A DNA stretch of 64,000 nucleotides from a virus. Both the position numbers and the translations under genes were made by a program. Below are positions 39,412 through 49,573 of the stretch, one piece after another (the first letter of the stretch is position 1; each line of letters begins with the position of its first letter). The DNA is taken from UHGV virus genome UHGV-1373641, one strand, 5' to 3'. The notes beneath the pieces were generated by a model. That model was not told the origin of the DNA, ran no database searches, and was given only the letters and a program-made list of their open reading frames with translations.

Positions 39412-39436
39412 GGGAAAAAATTGAGGAGGATGAATT

Positions 39437-39757
39437 ATGGATTATCATTGGGTAGACATATCGACATGCGGGCAAGAAAGGTATCTCCTTCGTACGAAAA
39501 GCGTGATAAGTCCAGATGCGACTGTTTTTAAAGATGAAAAAGGAAATTGGGGATTTACAGCATTTGGTAGGACGTTTCTGTCGAGTTCGAGACATGTAAC
39601 TAAATATAGAGCGATGCAAAATTGCGAAAAACTTATCCGCTCGGAGTTAAAGTCTCTTTTAGATGAACTTACTCCAACGGAAAATGTCTCTATCGATGAT
39701 GAAGAGAATCCATATCTCTCTACTATCGAAAAACTGAAATCTATATTTCATATGTAA
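39437..39757 (+). CDS. Hypothetical protein
   Basis: 106-aa ORF with strong RBS. Confidence 0.35.
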   Translation: MDYHWVDISTCGQERYLLRTKSVISPDATVFKDEKGNWGFTAFGRTFLSSSRHVTKYRAMQNCEKLIRSELKSLLDELTPTENVSIDDEENPYLSTIEKLKSIFHM

Positions 39758-39811
39758 GGAGAACACAGATGGAAACTATTATGACACTTTTGTATGGTGG
39801 CCTGATTTCTT

Positions 39812-40129
39812 TTGCTGCGGTCATCATTTGTGTTTTTATCATCCCTGTACCTAATAAAGAAAAACTCGAAAAAGAATGGGAAGAGGAGGCTCTTAAAAAT
39901 GGATTCAAAAATTGGAACGTGTAAGTGCGCCTATGTGGATATTCCTGAAAATGAAAATAGGCTTGTTGTACGATGCGTAAGATTTGTTTACAAAAATCCT
40001 GAAAATGAAGATGAAGTAATCGCGCCTATCACTTCTGGCGAGGTATGCTCCGTTTGTAGGGAATATGAGCCTTTCATTGAAGATACTGAAAATACCGATG
40101 ATTCCGAAATTGAATTTGAAACACTTTAA
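39812..40129 (+). CDS. Hypothetical acidic protein (start uncertain; a 51-aa membrane ORF 39769..39924 overlaps upstream)
   Basis: ORF-track frame. Likely true start MDSKIG at 39899. Confidence 0.3.
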   Translation: MLRSSFVFLSSLYLIKKNSKKNGKRRLLKMDSKIGTCKCAYVDIPENENRLVVRCVRFVYKNPENEDEVIAPITSGEVCSVCREYEPFIEDTENTDDSEIEFETL

Positions 40130-40140
40130 TAGGACGCTTC

Positions 40141-40686
40141 ATGATTATAAAAGACCTGCGGCATTGCCCTGAAAAATACGATGTCATTTACGCGGACCCG
40201 CCTTGGAGCTATTCCAATAAAGGTCTTAATGGCTCGGCAGAAAAACATTATTCTACTATGAACATAAAAGATATTGGGGAGCTTCCCGTAGAATCCATTA
40301 GTAAAGACAACTGTGTGCTTTTCATGTGGATGACATATCCATTAATCAAGGAAGGTCTTTGGTTGATGGAAAAATGGGGATTCAAATATAAGACAATCGG
40401 TTTTCAGTGGATTAAGCTGAATCGCATTAATAAAAAACCTTTCTTCGGATTGGGCAATTGGACTCGCGGAAATTCGGAGCCTTGCTTTATAGGAGTGAAA
40501 GGCAAGATGGCTCGGAATTGCGCTGGAGTACATCAAGTCATAATGTCTGAGATTGAGAAACACTCTAAAAAACCAGATGAAGCCCGCCACAGGATAGAAC
40601 AGCTTGTCGGCCCGGATTGTAGGAAAATAGAGTTGTTCGCTAGACAGGAATACAATGGTTGGGATTGTTGGGGAAATGAAATCTAA
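40141..40686 (+). CDS. MT-A70 family N6-adenine DNA methyltransferase (DPPW motif)
   Basis: VIYADPPWSYSN catalytic motif. 181 aa. Confidence 0.75.
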   Translation: MIIKDLRHCPEKYDVIYADPPWSYSNKGLNGSAEKHYSTMNIKDIGELPVESISKDNCVLFMWMTYPLIKEGLWLMEKWGFKYKTIGFQWIKLNRINKKPFFGLGNWTRGNSEPCFIGVKGKMARNCAGVHQVIMSEIEKHSKKPDEARHRIEQLVGPDCRKIELFARQEYNGWDCWGNEI

Positions 40687-40703
40687 TAAGCAAAGGTAAT
40701 ATT

Positions 40704-40922
40704 ATGGAATTTATGTTTTCCACAAAATGGTTCTTCGACATATTGTTCATATGCTCGGCGGTGATTTGGGGTTTTCTCATTCATGCGCTTTCTTTTCATC
40801 TTGCATATGATGAAGAATACGACACTGAGGAAACAAAAAATATTGTATTTTACATTATGGTTTGCACTTGCTTTTTTATCCCCTATCAGGCGGGGCAAAT
40901 CGCATTGCATTTTGTAAAATAA
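40704..40922 (+). CDS. Small membrane protein
   Basis: 72 aa, two hydrophobic helices. Confidence 0.3.
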   Translation: MEFMFSTKWFFDILFICSAVIWGFLIHALSFHLAYDEEYDTEETKNIVFYIMVCTCFFIPYQAGQIALHFVK

Positions 40923-40943
40923 AAAAATCGGGAGAGAGAAATT

Positions 40944-41633
40944 ATGAATCAGATTGCTATTAGGAATTTTTGTGTCGGTGGCAAAGAAGTACCTGCTGTG
41001 ACTTCATTGCAGATTGCGGATAGTTTTTGCAAAAACCACAAAGACGTTTTGAGGGATATCCGCGTAATTATTGAAAAATGTTCACTGGAATTTACTGAGC
41101 GCAACTTTGCGCTGAGTGAATATGGGGATTCCACAGGACGCAAGCTTCCCATGTACGTTCTTTCCAAAGACGGATTCATGATGGTAGTTATGGGGTATAA
41201 TACTCCAGAAGCTATGAAAATAAAAGAAGCCTACATCGCTCGCTTCAATGAAATGGAAGAACAAATCAAAAATGCTGTCGCGCTTCCCTCAAACTATCTG
41301 GATGCTCTCAAGGCTCTTGTAGCTTCCGAAGAAGAAAAGATGAAAGCTCTGGAAACAGTCGAACAACAAAAGCCGATGGTCATGGTAGCCGAGGAACGAA
41401 TTGAAAAGAAAGGCTGCCTGTCCATCACGGACGTTACAAAATCACTTGGATTGAAACGCGGAGAAATTACAAATTGGGCGAAGGCAAAAGGCTTCATCCA
41501 TAAAAGGCTGTGTGAGGTGAATAAGGCGGGAGAGGAATACTTTAAGGTATATTCAACAGACAAAGTTCATAACCAAATCGGAATTACGGAAGAAGGGCTC
41601 AGGTTGATCAAATTCGAGCTTCTTCCATTTTAA
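40944..41633 (+). CDS. Rha-family phage regulatory protein / antirepressor-like
   Basis: N-terminus VTSLQIADSFCKNHKDVLRDIRVI matches the Rha N-terminal signature (..SSLEIAE.FgK.HKNVLRDI). Confidence 0.6.
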   Translation: MNQIAIRNFCVGGKEVPAVTSLQIADSFCKNHKDVLRDIRVIIEKCSLEFTERNFALSEYGDSTGRKLPMYVLSKDGFMMVVMGYNTPEAMKIKEAYIARFNEMEEQIKNAVALPSNYLDALKALVASEEEKMKALETVEQQKPMVMVAEERIEKKGCLSITDVTKSLGLKRGEITNWAKAKGFIHKRLCEVNKAGEEYFKVYSTDKVHNQIGITEEGLRLIKFELLPF

Positions 41634-41651
41634 CAAAACAGGAGTTTAATT

Positions 41652-41882
41652 ATGTATTGGTTTAAATCTAAGGAAACACAGGTTTTGTATAAAGAAATCG
41701 AAGATCTCAAACGTACTAATTCAGCATTGGAAGCAAAACTTAAAAGTAAAGAAGTTGCCCTCAATTCCGCTTTTACGGAAAATCAAAAAATGCGTCAAGA
41801 CCTCGTTAGTCTTAAAATGTGGATTAATGAAGCCTGTTCTGTACTTCTTACTGTAAAGAAAAAACTTAATATCGAAGAATAA
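41652..41882 (+). CDS. Small coiled-coil protein
   Basis: 76 aa, heptad-like. Confidence 0.3.
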   Translation: MYWFKSKETQVLYKEIEDLKRTNSALEAKLKSKEVALNSAFTENQKMRQDLVSLKMWINEACSVLLTVKKKLNIEE

Positions 41883-42000
41883 CTTAAATTTTTCTATTGA
41901 CTCCCCACAAAATCCGATCTATCATTCTTGGGTATTTCGGATTTTGTGTGTTTTAAATAGGATGTTTTTCAAAGTATTTTTTTCAAAGGAGGTTTTATAC

Positions 42001-43227
42001 ATGGGAGTCATCCTAACTCCTCATCAAAATGAGGCAATTGAAAAAATCATTCGGCATAAAAAGGATTGGGAGCCCTTTATGCTAGGTGGCTGTGCGGGTA
42101 CGGGCAAGACTACGCTGCTTTATGCCTTGGCGGAATACTATAAAGATGAATTGATCATGCTCGCTCCTACGGGGAAAGCCTGTCAAGTACTTTCTCGAAA
42201 AATGCCAGCGGGGACGCTCATAAAGACGGTGCATTCTGCGCTCTATTCCGTTAGAGAAATCAGCGATGAAGAACTGGAGGAAGCAAGAAAAATAGCTGAT
42301 GAGTCCGGTGAAGACCAAGACATCGTAAGATACACGTATTTGCTGGAGGCAAAAAATAATTTAGGCATAGAGTTCACATATTCTCCGTGCCCGGAACTCT
42401 TTTCGAGGGTTGTTGTCATTGACGAATCCTCCATGTTGGGGTATAAAGAGTTTAAGGCCCTGAAACAGATCTGCAAGAAACTTATTCTTGTTGGAGATCC
42501 GTTCCAACTGCAACCTGTAAAATCCGCTCAAGTCCTTCCTTCCAATCCCTCGGATTTTGATGCGTTTCTGTCGGAGGTGCATCGTGCCGCATTGGAATCC
42601 CCGATTACTCGTCTAGCCACGGAAATTCGTATGGGAGGCTTCCAAGGATGGGAATATTGGAAAAACGAAGGAATAGGATTCTCCTATGGGTTGCCTAAAG
42701 AAGAGTATGCTATCGCGGATCAGGTCATTACGGGCCAGAACTCTACCAGAATGAAGCTCAATCGTTGGCTTCGTGAAGAAAAAAATCAGGTATTTCCGGT
42801 TGTTGGCGATAAAATAATCGTCAAGCAGAATATCCGGGAATCTGTTTCAAAAAAATATAATAAGCTGATATTGGTCAATGGAGATATCGGAAGTGTTGTA
42901 GGATCTCATGAAAGTCAAAATAAAATTACTTTATATTTTGACTATAAGGAAGATGGAGACACGCATCACACTATAAAAGTGAATGATTCCCTTCTTCGGG
43001 CGGCATTTGAACTTCCTGAAAGCAATAAGCCGAAGTGGGGGTCTATCGTCGTCGACTTTGCCTATGCAATTACCGCACACGCATCTCAAGGAAGCGAATG
43101 GCCTTACGTTATTATATTTGATGATGAAATGAGAAAAAACGATATTCAAAACAGAAAGCACTGGATGTATACGTCGATTACTCGGGCAAAAGAAAAAGTG
43201 CATATCGTAAAGCCTAGAAATAAATAG
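42001..43227 (+). CDS. Dda/RecD-like SF1B DNA helicase
   Basis: Walker A GGCAGTGKTT. Motif AITAHASQGSEWPYVII (RecD/Dda motif V-VI). Confidence 0.7.
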   Translation: MGVILTPHQNEAIEKIIRHKKDWEPFMLGGCAGTGKTTLLYALAEYYKDELIMLAPTGKACQVLSRKMPAGTLIKTVHSALYSVREISDEELEEARKIADESGEDQDIVRYTYLLEAKNNLGIEFTYSPCPELFSRVVVIDESSMLGYKEFKALKQICKKLILVGDPFQLQPVKSAQVLPSNPSDFDAFLSEVHRAALESPITRLATEIRMGGFQGWEYWKNEGIGFSYGLPKEEYAIADQVITGQNSTRMKLNRWLREEKNQVFPVVGDKIIVKQNIRESVSKKYNKLILVNGDIGSVVGSHESQNKITLYFDYKEDGDTHHTIKVNDSLLRAAFELPESNKPKWGSIVVDFAYAITAHASQGSEWPYVIIFDDEMRKNDIQNRKHWMYTSITRAKEKVHIVKPRNK

Positions 43228-43239
43228 AAAAATAAGGAG

Positions 43240-45843
43240 ATGAGGGTGGCATATATGCAACGCTTTGTATATTGGAAAGTTGAAGAAAGAGAAAGCGCTT
43301 GGAAGATTTGTAAAATCGACAAAGTGCCGAATATCGCTATGTTCTCTACGTCAATGTCTTTTGAAACGGAGCCCAATTATAAGGATGAAAATAAGGATAT
43401 CCTTAATTTGGCTGTAGTACGATATGGGGATTTGACTCTCGATTTCGACTCAAAAGATGCTGAGGAGAGCCGTATCGATACAGTAAATGCTTTGAATAAA
43501 TTGGTTCTTTTGGGATTGGATTCGGAGTCTCTTAGAATCTATTATTCGGGGCAGAAGGGTTTTCATATCGTCGTTCCTGCGGAGGCTTTTGGCGCGGAAA
43601 ATGGGCATCGCGTCCTTCCTTGGATTTACAAAGAAGTATGCCTTGAACTTTTCCCTAGCGAGGAAGGCTATAAGACTCTCGACTATTCCATGTTCGCTAT
43701 GAAGCGTGGAAAGATGTTCCGAATTGCGAATAGGCTTCGTTCCAATGGCAGATACAAAATTCGTATTAGCGCGGACGAGCTTATCAATAATACCATCGAA
43801 TATTTCCAGAGCAAAGCTCTATCGCCTCAACCTGACGAACAAGCGAAGAAACCCGCCAGAATTGACTATCTGAGCGATCTTTTCCGTAGATGTGAAGCGA
43901 ATGTCGTAGGGGCCATCAAAGCCCGCTCAGGAAGGAAGCAAGCCCCGCTTAATATTAAGGACAAGGAAATCGTTCCTTGCCTAAAGGCGATTCTTGGGCT
44001 TACAAAGAAAGCTGGAGACTACTCCTTCAATCAGATGTGCTTCTCCGCCATTGTCCCCGCTCTCAGATCTGCGGGATTTACAAAGTCGGAAGCCATTAAC
44101 CATCCTCTCGTAGTCGACTTTCTCGAAAACTTCGAAGAGTCTCAAGGTTATACTTCGGCTATGGACAGGACGCACCATCTTGAAAGCGTGTGGGATACTG
44201 ACGAGAAATCCCCGTGCGATTTCGGTTGCGGAGCGATGATTACGATTCTGGGAAAAGAGCGTTCGAGGGTCTGTGGAAGCTGCCCAATCTATGCCGAACG
44301 CATGTTTGAGATGATTATGAAAGACTACGGAACAGAAGACCCTAAAACCGAAAACAAGGAATCCCCGACCAATGTAGAGGATAATCCTTTCGGAAATTCG
44401 GAGGATTCCTCATCCGATATTGTTAAAAACGCCGAAAAGGAAGAAGATTCCGATCAGGACTACGTGCACCCTCTGATCAAAAAAATGAATGGCCTTTTCG
44501 CTTTTACTTTTATCGGAGGGAAATCGGCAATCATTTACGAAGATCCTGACGGGGAATCCAAATTCCTTACTCCTAGGGCCGCCGAAGAGTTCTCCGCAAA
44601 CCTTCCCGCATTCGAGTTTCTTGATGCAAAAGGGAACGTGAAGCAAAAGCCCCTCTTCAAAGCATGGATGGAAAGCAAGAACCGCCGTCAATACCGTGGG
44701 GTTGAATTTGCTCCGCAGGGGGCTCCAAAAGGCTATTACAATCTCTGGCGTGGATTTAAATACGCAAACTCGGAGATGGGAATTGCCGAGGCCACTGAAC
44801 GCTGCAAATTGTTTAGGAGCCATGTCAATGAAGTAATCTGTGATGGCAATGAAGACCACCAACGGTATATGTGGGCTTGGCTTGCACATATGGTCCAAAA
44901 GCCGGAGGATAAGCCCGGCGTAGCCGTTGTGCTTCGTGGTGAGGAAGGTACTGGTAAAGGCTCTTTCGTATCTCCGTTCATGAGCATGTTGGGCAAGCAC
45001 GGCCTGTCCGTAGCGAATAGGCAGCATTACTTTTCTAACTTCAACGGAGCCACCGAAGGGAAAGTCCTTATCTATCTCGACGAAGCTGTCTGGGCCGGAA
45101 GCAAACAGGACGAAAGCATTCTCAAGTCACAGATCACGGAGCGTACTCAGGTGATCGAAAGGAAAGGCTTCGAATCATACTCTGTGCATTCCTGTTCCCG
45201 GTTCATCATGTCTTCTAACGAGGACTGGGTTATCCCCGCAGGTAAGGACGCCCGCAGATTCTTTGTTCTCGATGTGTCCTCGAAGCATAAGCAGGACACT
45301 CAAGGATACTTCAAAGACCTTAATGAGGAATTTGAGAATGGCGGTGACGAGGCCCTTTACGTCTATCTGAAACATTATGACTTTAGCGGAGTGAATATCC
45401 GAGAGGCTCCCCAGACGAAGGCTCTCATGGAACAGAAACTCCTTTCTTTGAGTAGTGTGCAGAAATGGTGGTATGATATTCTTTCTGAGGGGGCATTCCC
45501 GAGGGAAGAAATCGAAGATGAAAAGTCAGTAAAGCTTTTTGAGGACTCAGACTGCCCATCTTGGCCTAGCTATTTGTCACTTGGAAAGGCGCATGAAAAG
45601 TTTAAACAAGAAATGGTTAGAAGTAGAGCATCCTCCTACGATATTGTATCTTTAAAAAAATTCAGTATCGAAACAAAACGTATTTTTGGATTAGGAGATC
45701 ACACTTTCAGGGTTCTTCAAATTGCAAACAGGAATGAAAGAATGAAAGTACACGCCTTTCCGAAATTGGACGATTGCATTGGTTTGTTCTGTGAATATCT
45801 GAATATCCCAAAAAACGAGTTTGACGAATTGAGCACAGATTAG
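43240..45843 (+). CDS. Bifunctional primase-polymerase (N-terminal) / D5-like SF3 helicase (C-terminal)
   Basis: N-terminal DLTLDFDSKD acidic prim-pol motif. Central NLWRGF and Walker A VLRGEEGTGKGS. Motif B YLDEA. Confidence 0.7.
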   Translation: MRVAYMQRFVYWKVEERESAWKICKIDKVPNIAMFSTSMSFETEPNYKDENKDILNLAVVRYGDLTLDFDSKDAEESRIDTVNALNKLVLLGLDSESLRIYYSGQKGFHIVVPAEAFGAENGHRVLPWIYKEVCLELFPSEEGYKTLDYSMFAMKRGKMFRIANRLRSNGRYKIRISADELINNTIEYFQSKALSPQPDEQAKKPARIDYLSDLFRRCEANVVGAIKARSGRKQAPLNIKDKEIVPCLKAILGLTKKAGDYSFNQMCFSAIVPALRSAGFTKSEAINHPLVVDFLENFEESQGYTSAMDRTHHLESVWDTDEKSPCDFGCGAMITILGKERSRVCGSCPIYAERMFEMIMKDYGTEDPKTENKESPTNVEDNPFGNSEDSSSDIVKNAEKEEDSDQDYVHPLIKKMNGLFAFTFIGGKSAIIYEDPDGESKFLTPRAAEEFSANLPAFEFLDAKGNVKQKPLFKAWMESKNRRQYRGVEFAPQGAPKGYYNLWRGFKYANSEMGIAEATERCKLFRSHVNEVICDGNEDHQRYMWAWLAHMVQKPEDKPGVAVVLRGEEGTGKGSFVSPFMSMLGKHGLSVANRQHYFSNFNGATEGKVLIYLDEAVWAGSKQDESILKSQITERTQVIERKGFESYSVHSCSRFIMSSNEDWVIPAGKDARRFFVLDVSSKHKQDTQGYFKDLNEEFENGGDEALYVYLKHYDFSGVNIREAPQTKALMEQKLLSLSSVQKWWYDILSEGAFPREEIEDEKSVKLFEDSDCPSWPSYLSLGKAHEKFKQEMVRSRASSYDIVSLKKFSIETKRIFGLGDHTFRVLQIANRNERMKVHAFPKLDDCIGLFCEYLNIPKNEFDELSTD

Positions 45844-45868
45844 TCTACCACCCCAAAACCTAAACTCG

Positions 45869-45940
45869 GACGAAAAGAAGATCCGAATCTCTTTTGCCGA
45901 TCTGTCGGGCTCCGAGATTCGGATCTTCTTTTCGTCTTTT
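45869..45940 (+). terminator. Intrinsic terminator after the primase-helicase gene
   Basis: 23-bp perfect stem (GACGAAAAGAAGATCCGAATCTC / GAGATTCGGATCTTCTTTTCGTC) followed by TTTT. Confidence 0.6.
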
Positions 45941-45949
45941 GATCAGTTT

Positions 45950-46520
45950 AAAAGGTGATCCAATTCCTTTTAACTCAGAAAGTTTCCGTTTAAAACTCTT
46001 TTAAAAGCCGAAATTTCTTTCTCTTGGAAATAATTGACATTTTTATTTTGGGTTTCTTTTAGTTTTAATTCGGAAACTTTCTGAGTTAAAAGAGTTTAAA
46101 TTGGAAAATAAAAAAGTCAATTAAATCGGTCGATAAGAAATTCCGGCTTTTAAAAGGAATTAAAAGAGTTTTAAACCGTAAAGTTTACAAAAGAAACCCA
46201 AAATAAAAAATTGAGTTATTTCAACTACAAAGAAATTTCGGCCTTTAAAAGAGTTTTAAACGGAAAAGAAAAGGAAATGGAACTCCAAAAGTTTACATAA
46301 TGCCCAAAATGGGACATTCGGAGCTTATAATCTTTCTTAAAGTTTCTTTTAGACAGAAAACTTTCCGAATTAAAACTAAAAGAAACCAAAAATAAAAAAG
46401 TCAATTAAATCGGTCGATAAGAAATTCCGGCTTTTAAAAGAGTTTTAAACGGAAACTTTACGAGTTAAACCTTAAATAAAAAGTCTAGTTATTTCAACTA
46501 CAAAGAAATTCTTAGAGTTA
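45950..46520. repeat. AT-rich iteron region (candidate replication origin)
   Basis: Motif GAAATTYCGGCYTTTAAAAGAGTTTTAAAC in 3 direct copies plus 1 inverted. Exact 45-bp repeat AAAAAAGTCAATTAAATCGGTCGATAAGAAATTCCGGCTTTTAAAAG at ~46114 and ~46397. Several other inverted repeats. Confidence 0.5.
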
Positions 46521-46584
46521 CACTTTAAGTTTTTAGCTTTCCCACAGATTGGGAGGGGAGCTTCAAAAAATGGGATTTTAACAG

Positions 46585-47010
46585 AAGTGTGATCCGAATA
46601 TCGGGATCACAAATTGGATCGGGATCACAATCGGGATCACATTTTTATTCTTTTATTTTATATATTTATATTTATGTGATCCTTGTGATCCCGATAGAGA
46701 GAAGATAAGTCCATAAGAAGAAAAAATGATCAGTCTCAAATATGCAACATACCCCCTATACCCCCCCTCGTGATCATATATAAAAAGACTTGGGAGGTAC
46801 CCGGATCAAGATCATCCGGATCACAAGGGTCTAAAGTATCGAAACTATTGAATCGAGTGTGATCCGTGTGATCCCGATTTTTTAAATCACAATATATTCT
46901 AGTTAGTTATATGAGCGATTTTCAGGTTCAATTTTAAGGACCTATTTTAAGTCTTTACAATATATTTCAATTAGTTATTGTAGATCCGTGTGATCCGGGT
47001 GTGATCTACA
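46585..47010. repeat. Array of ~18 GATC-containing 8-9-mers (TGTGATCC / GGATCACA), direct and palindromic
   Basis: About 18 GATC in 430 bp against ~2 expected. Units such as GTGATCCgaatatcGGGATCAC and tandem GGGATCACA x3. Confidence 0.55.
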
Positions 47011-47106
47011 CCCCTTATCCTTGACTTCCTTCGACTCTTCTGCTACACACATCGGATAATCAAAAAATCTACACAGTATAAAATGTTACACAGGAGTAAA
47101 TATTCG

Positions 47107-47622
47107 ATGGCTAAATCAAAATTCAATAAACCGTATTTCATCGGCATCGACCCCGGAAAAACTGGTGCCGTAGCTATAATCTCCGACGATGGATCATTTT
47201 GTTCTCTCTGCGATTTTACGAATCACCCAATCTCGTTTCTTCGCAAGTTCAATAAACACGTCAGCCATGCTTATATTGAGAAAGTCCATGCCATGCCGAA
47301 GCAAGGAGTAGTTTCCACATTTTCCTTCGGAGAGAATTTTGGGACTTGGCAAGGAATCCTGCGGACGCTCGAAATTCCGTATTCTCTCGTTCCTCCTCAG
47401 TACTGGCAACGCGAGCTTAATCTCGTCAAAATCGACAAGAAGGACAAACCGTCGCTCCCGATGGCCCGAGAGATGTTCCCTGACGCCCCTCTTCATTTAA
47501 AGAAACACCACAATCGTTCTGATGCTCTGCTCCTAGCATACGTAGCCCTGCAAGATTACAAGAAAAATCAATTAAAGAACGTCATCCTGACCACCGAAGA
47601 CTATCTGAATGATCTTGTTTAA
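47107..47622 (+). CDS. RuvC-like Holliday junction resolvase
   Basis: N-terminus KPYFIGIDPGKTGAVAII (RuvC/YqgF-like fold, catalytic Asp). Start MAKSK at 47107 with AGGAG RBS. Confidence 0.6.
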   Translation: MAKSKFNKPYFIGIDPGKTGAVAIISDDGSFCSLCDFTNHPISFLRKFNKHVSHAYIEKVHAMPKQGVVSTFSFGENFGTWQGILRTLEIPYSLVPPQYWQRELNLVKIDKKDKPSLPMAREMFPDAPLHLKKHHNRSDALLLAYVALQDYKKNQLKNVILTTEDYLNDLV

Positions 47623-47828
47623 TAAATGTAAATCTATGAAATTCTAAAAGTTCCTACACAAATCGTTTTTAAGGCCACATTCATCTCTTACACGACCAAA
47701 TACTCACGAAACACATTTCAAGCCTTAAAAACACCCTCCTAGCCTCCGTATCACCCATAATCCCTCCTTTCATTTGGTTCCATTCACGTACGGCATACCT
47801 ACGTTGGAGCACATTCGGAATGGATACC

Positions 47829-47868
47829 CGGATATTCCTTCTGGAATATTCCTTCGGGGATATTCCCT
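47829..47868. promoter_or_regulatory. Three tandem GGAATATTCC-type palindromic operator-like sites
   Basis: ccGGATATTCCttc tGGAATATTCCttc gGGGATATTCCctag. Confidence 0.45.
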
Positions 47869-47907
47869 AGAGTCAGAAACAAGTATTTTTTTTTCGTAAA
47901 AAAGTTG

Positions 47908-47936
47908 TTGACACTCTACGAATATCCGGGTATTCT
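47908..47936 (+). promoter_or_regulatory. Sigma70-like promoter with overlapping palindromic operator GAATATCCGGGTATTC
   Basis: TTGACA-17-TATTCT. Palindrome 47920..47935 spans the spacer and -10. Confidence 0.45.
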
Positions 47937-47972
47937 GCGTTTATTGGAGAAACATCGAAAGGAGGTAAATAA

Positions 47973-48206
47973 ATGATCGTATGGCATGTAACCACGGCGA
48001 AGAAACTTAATCGGTATAGAGCTTCCGGAGGCATTCTCCCTCCTGTACGGGCATGGGAGAGCTTGCCCTCGGCGGAACGTTTTTCAAAGCAGACGGGGCG
48101 CAAAGTTATTTTGAGGCTTAAATTTCCGGATACAGCAGAGAGACTTCCGGGCCATCGTGGAGAAGCCTTCGTCCTGTATGAAAAGTACAGGCTTACGAGT
48201 GTGTAG
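47973..48206 (+). CDS. Hypothetical protein
   Basis: 77 aa, strong RBS AAAGGAGGT. Confidence 0.35.
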   Translation: MIVWHVTTAKKLNRYRASGGILPPVRAWESLPSAERFSKQTGRKVILRLKFPDTAERLPGHRGEAFVLYEKYRLTSV

Positions 48207-48210
48207 TGAA

Positions 48211-48798
48211 ATGGGGGTTCATATGAGCACAAGAAGATGCCCGCATTGTGCTAATGCCGCAACTGCCAAGAAGGTTCTAATCGACTCTTTTGTTGGTCCA
48301 TATGAAATGTGGCATGTGACTTGCAATAGCGTTTTCTGTAATAAAAAGTCGGATTTTTTCAAAACCAAGGAAGCCGCAGAAGCTGATTGGGACGCTAAAT
48401 TTCCGATTAAAGACCTATACAACAAAGAAAGCTATAGATTTCAACTTAAAGATAGCGAAAAGGAGTGGTTGGAAAACAGAAAAGACGTATGTTTTAGGTG
48501 CGGAAGGGATAAAAAGACCGAGTGTATTTATAGATTCTATTATTATGCTCAATGCGTTGGTCAAAATTATCCTATGAATCCAAAACGATACGCTCTGTCT
48601 GGTTTTAGTCAAGATGTAGCTAAATTTGAGGCAAGGGTAGCTCTTTTGCTGGCGAAAGTTTGCGAAATGAATATCATGCCGTGCGAAATGATTGGCGAGG
48701 GTTGTATAGAGATAGGTCTATTAAGATATAAATGCGTGCAATGTCGCCTTAAACATGCAAGAATTACGGTCGAGCAAGAAATGGAGGAAGAATCATGA
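48211..48798 (+). CDS. Multi-zinc-ribbon protein
   Basis: CPHC...CNSVFC, CFRC...C, CVQC paired-Cys motifs. Confidence 0.35.
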   Translation: MGVHMSTRRCPHCANAATAKKVLIDSFVGPYEMWHVTCNSVFCNKKSDFFKTKEAAEADWDAKFPIKDLYNKESYRFQLKDSEKEWLENRKDVCFRCGRDKKTECIYRFYYYAQCVGQNYPMNPKRYALSGFSQDVAKFEARVALLLAKVCEMNIMPCEMIGEGCIEIGLLRYKCVQCRLKHARITVEQEMEEES

Positions 48799-49166
48799 AC
48801 GAGGTGGAATTGCTTTTTCATCAGGTGAGGCTTGGAGAATCGTCTGAGAAAACGCTTGAGAAATTAGCGCAAGAATTGTTGGATAAACATAATGAAGTTT
48901 ATCCTAGTGATAAATTACAGCTAAGTTTTTGGGATGAAGGGCATCCCGTTGAATTGAAAAGTGGAGAACGCTTTAATGTCGTAATAAGTGCACGAAGCGC
49001 CTACAATGATTTGCCAACTTATATCTACTGTTCCACACAGGAACTTGATAACCCTTATATTTATTATGATCGTATAAAGGAAGAAAAGGAGAATCGTAAA
49101 CGAGACGATACATATAAGGAAGATCTTGCCATGTACATGAAGCTCAAAGCAAAATTGGGACTCTAA
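48795..49166 (+). CDS. Small protein, paralog family member 1
   Basis: Shares ELFH..., VYP(S/D), ICST/YCST, DP(H/Y)IY, ERI(K)EEKE(D)(N/F)RKR(D/E)D blocks with the next ORF. Confidence 0.5.
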   Translation: MNEVELLFHQVRLGESSEKTLEKLAQELLDKHNEVYPSDKLQLSFWDEGHPVELKSGERFNVVISARSAYNDLPTYIYCSTQELDNPYIYYDRIKEEKENRKRDDTYKEDLAMYMKLKAKLGL

Positions 49167-49182
49167 AAATGGAGGAAGAATT

Positions 49183-49560
49183 ATGTCAGAAAAAGGAAGT
49201 TTTTCTATGGAGATTGTAGAACTCTTTCACATTGCAGATAAAGCCAATGAGGAAATTGAGAGGCTTGTACACGATGTTCTGAAATTCCATAACGTGGTAT
49301 ACCCCGACAATATGTTACAGTTGAACTATTCTTTCGACACCCCTGTAAAATTAAGATATGACGATGATAGCGGCTTCTTTGTTAAGATACGTGCGCAGAG
49401 TATAAATGACGGACACATTGAGTACATAATTTGTTCTACAGGAGAGTTTATCGATCCACATATTTACCAAGAGCGGATAGAGGAGGAGAAAGATTTCCGT
49501 AAACGTGAAGATGCTCGCCTAGCCTTGTATAGAGCGCACAAATCCGAATTTCACCTATAA
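49183..49560 (+). CDS. Small protein, paralog family member 2
   Basis: See member 1; ~35 percent identity by eye. Confidence 0.5.
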   Translation: MSEKGSFSMEIVELFHIADKANEEIERLVHDVLKFHNVVYPDNMLQLNYSFDTPVKLRYDDDSGFFVKIRAQSINDGHIEYIICSTGEFIDPHIYQERIEEEKDFRKREDARLALYRAHKSEFHL

Positions 49561-49573
49561 AAATGGGGTACAT

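Noticed and set aside
47873-48232. Reverse-strand ORF 47873..48232 (119 aa)
   Set aside because: Overlaps a strong plus-strand promoter and the well-formed RBS plus gene at 47973. No RBS of its own. Likely spurious.
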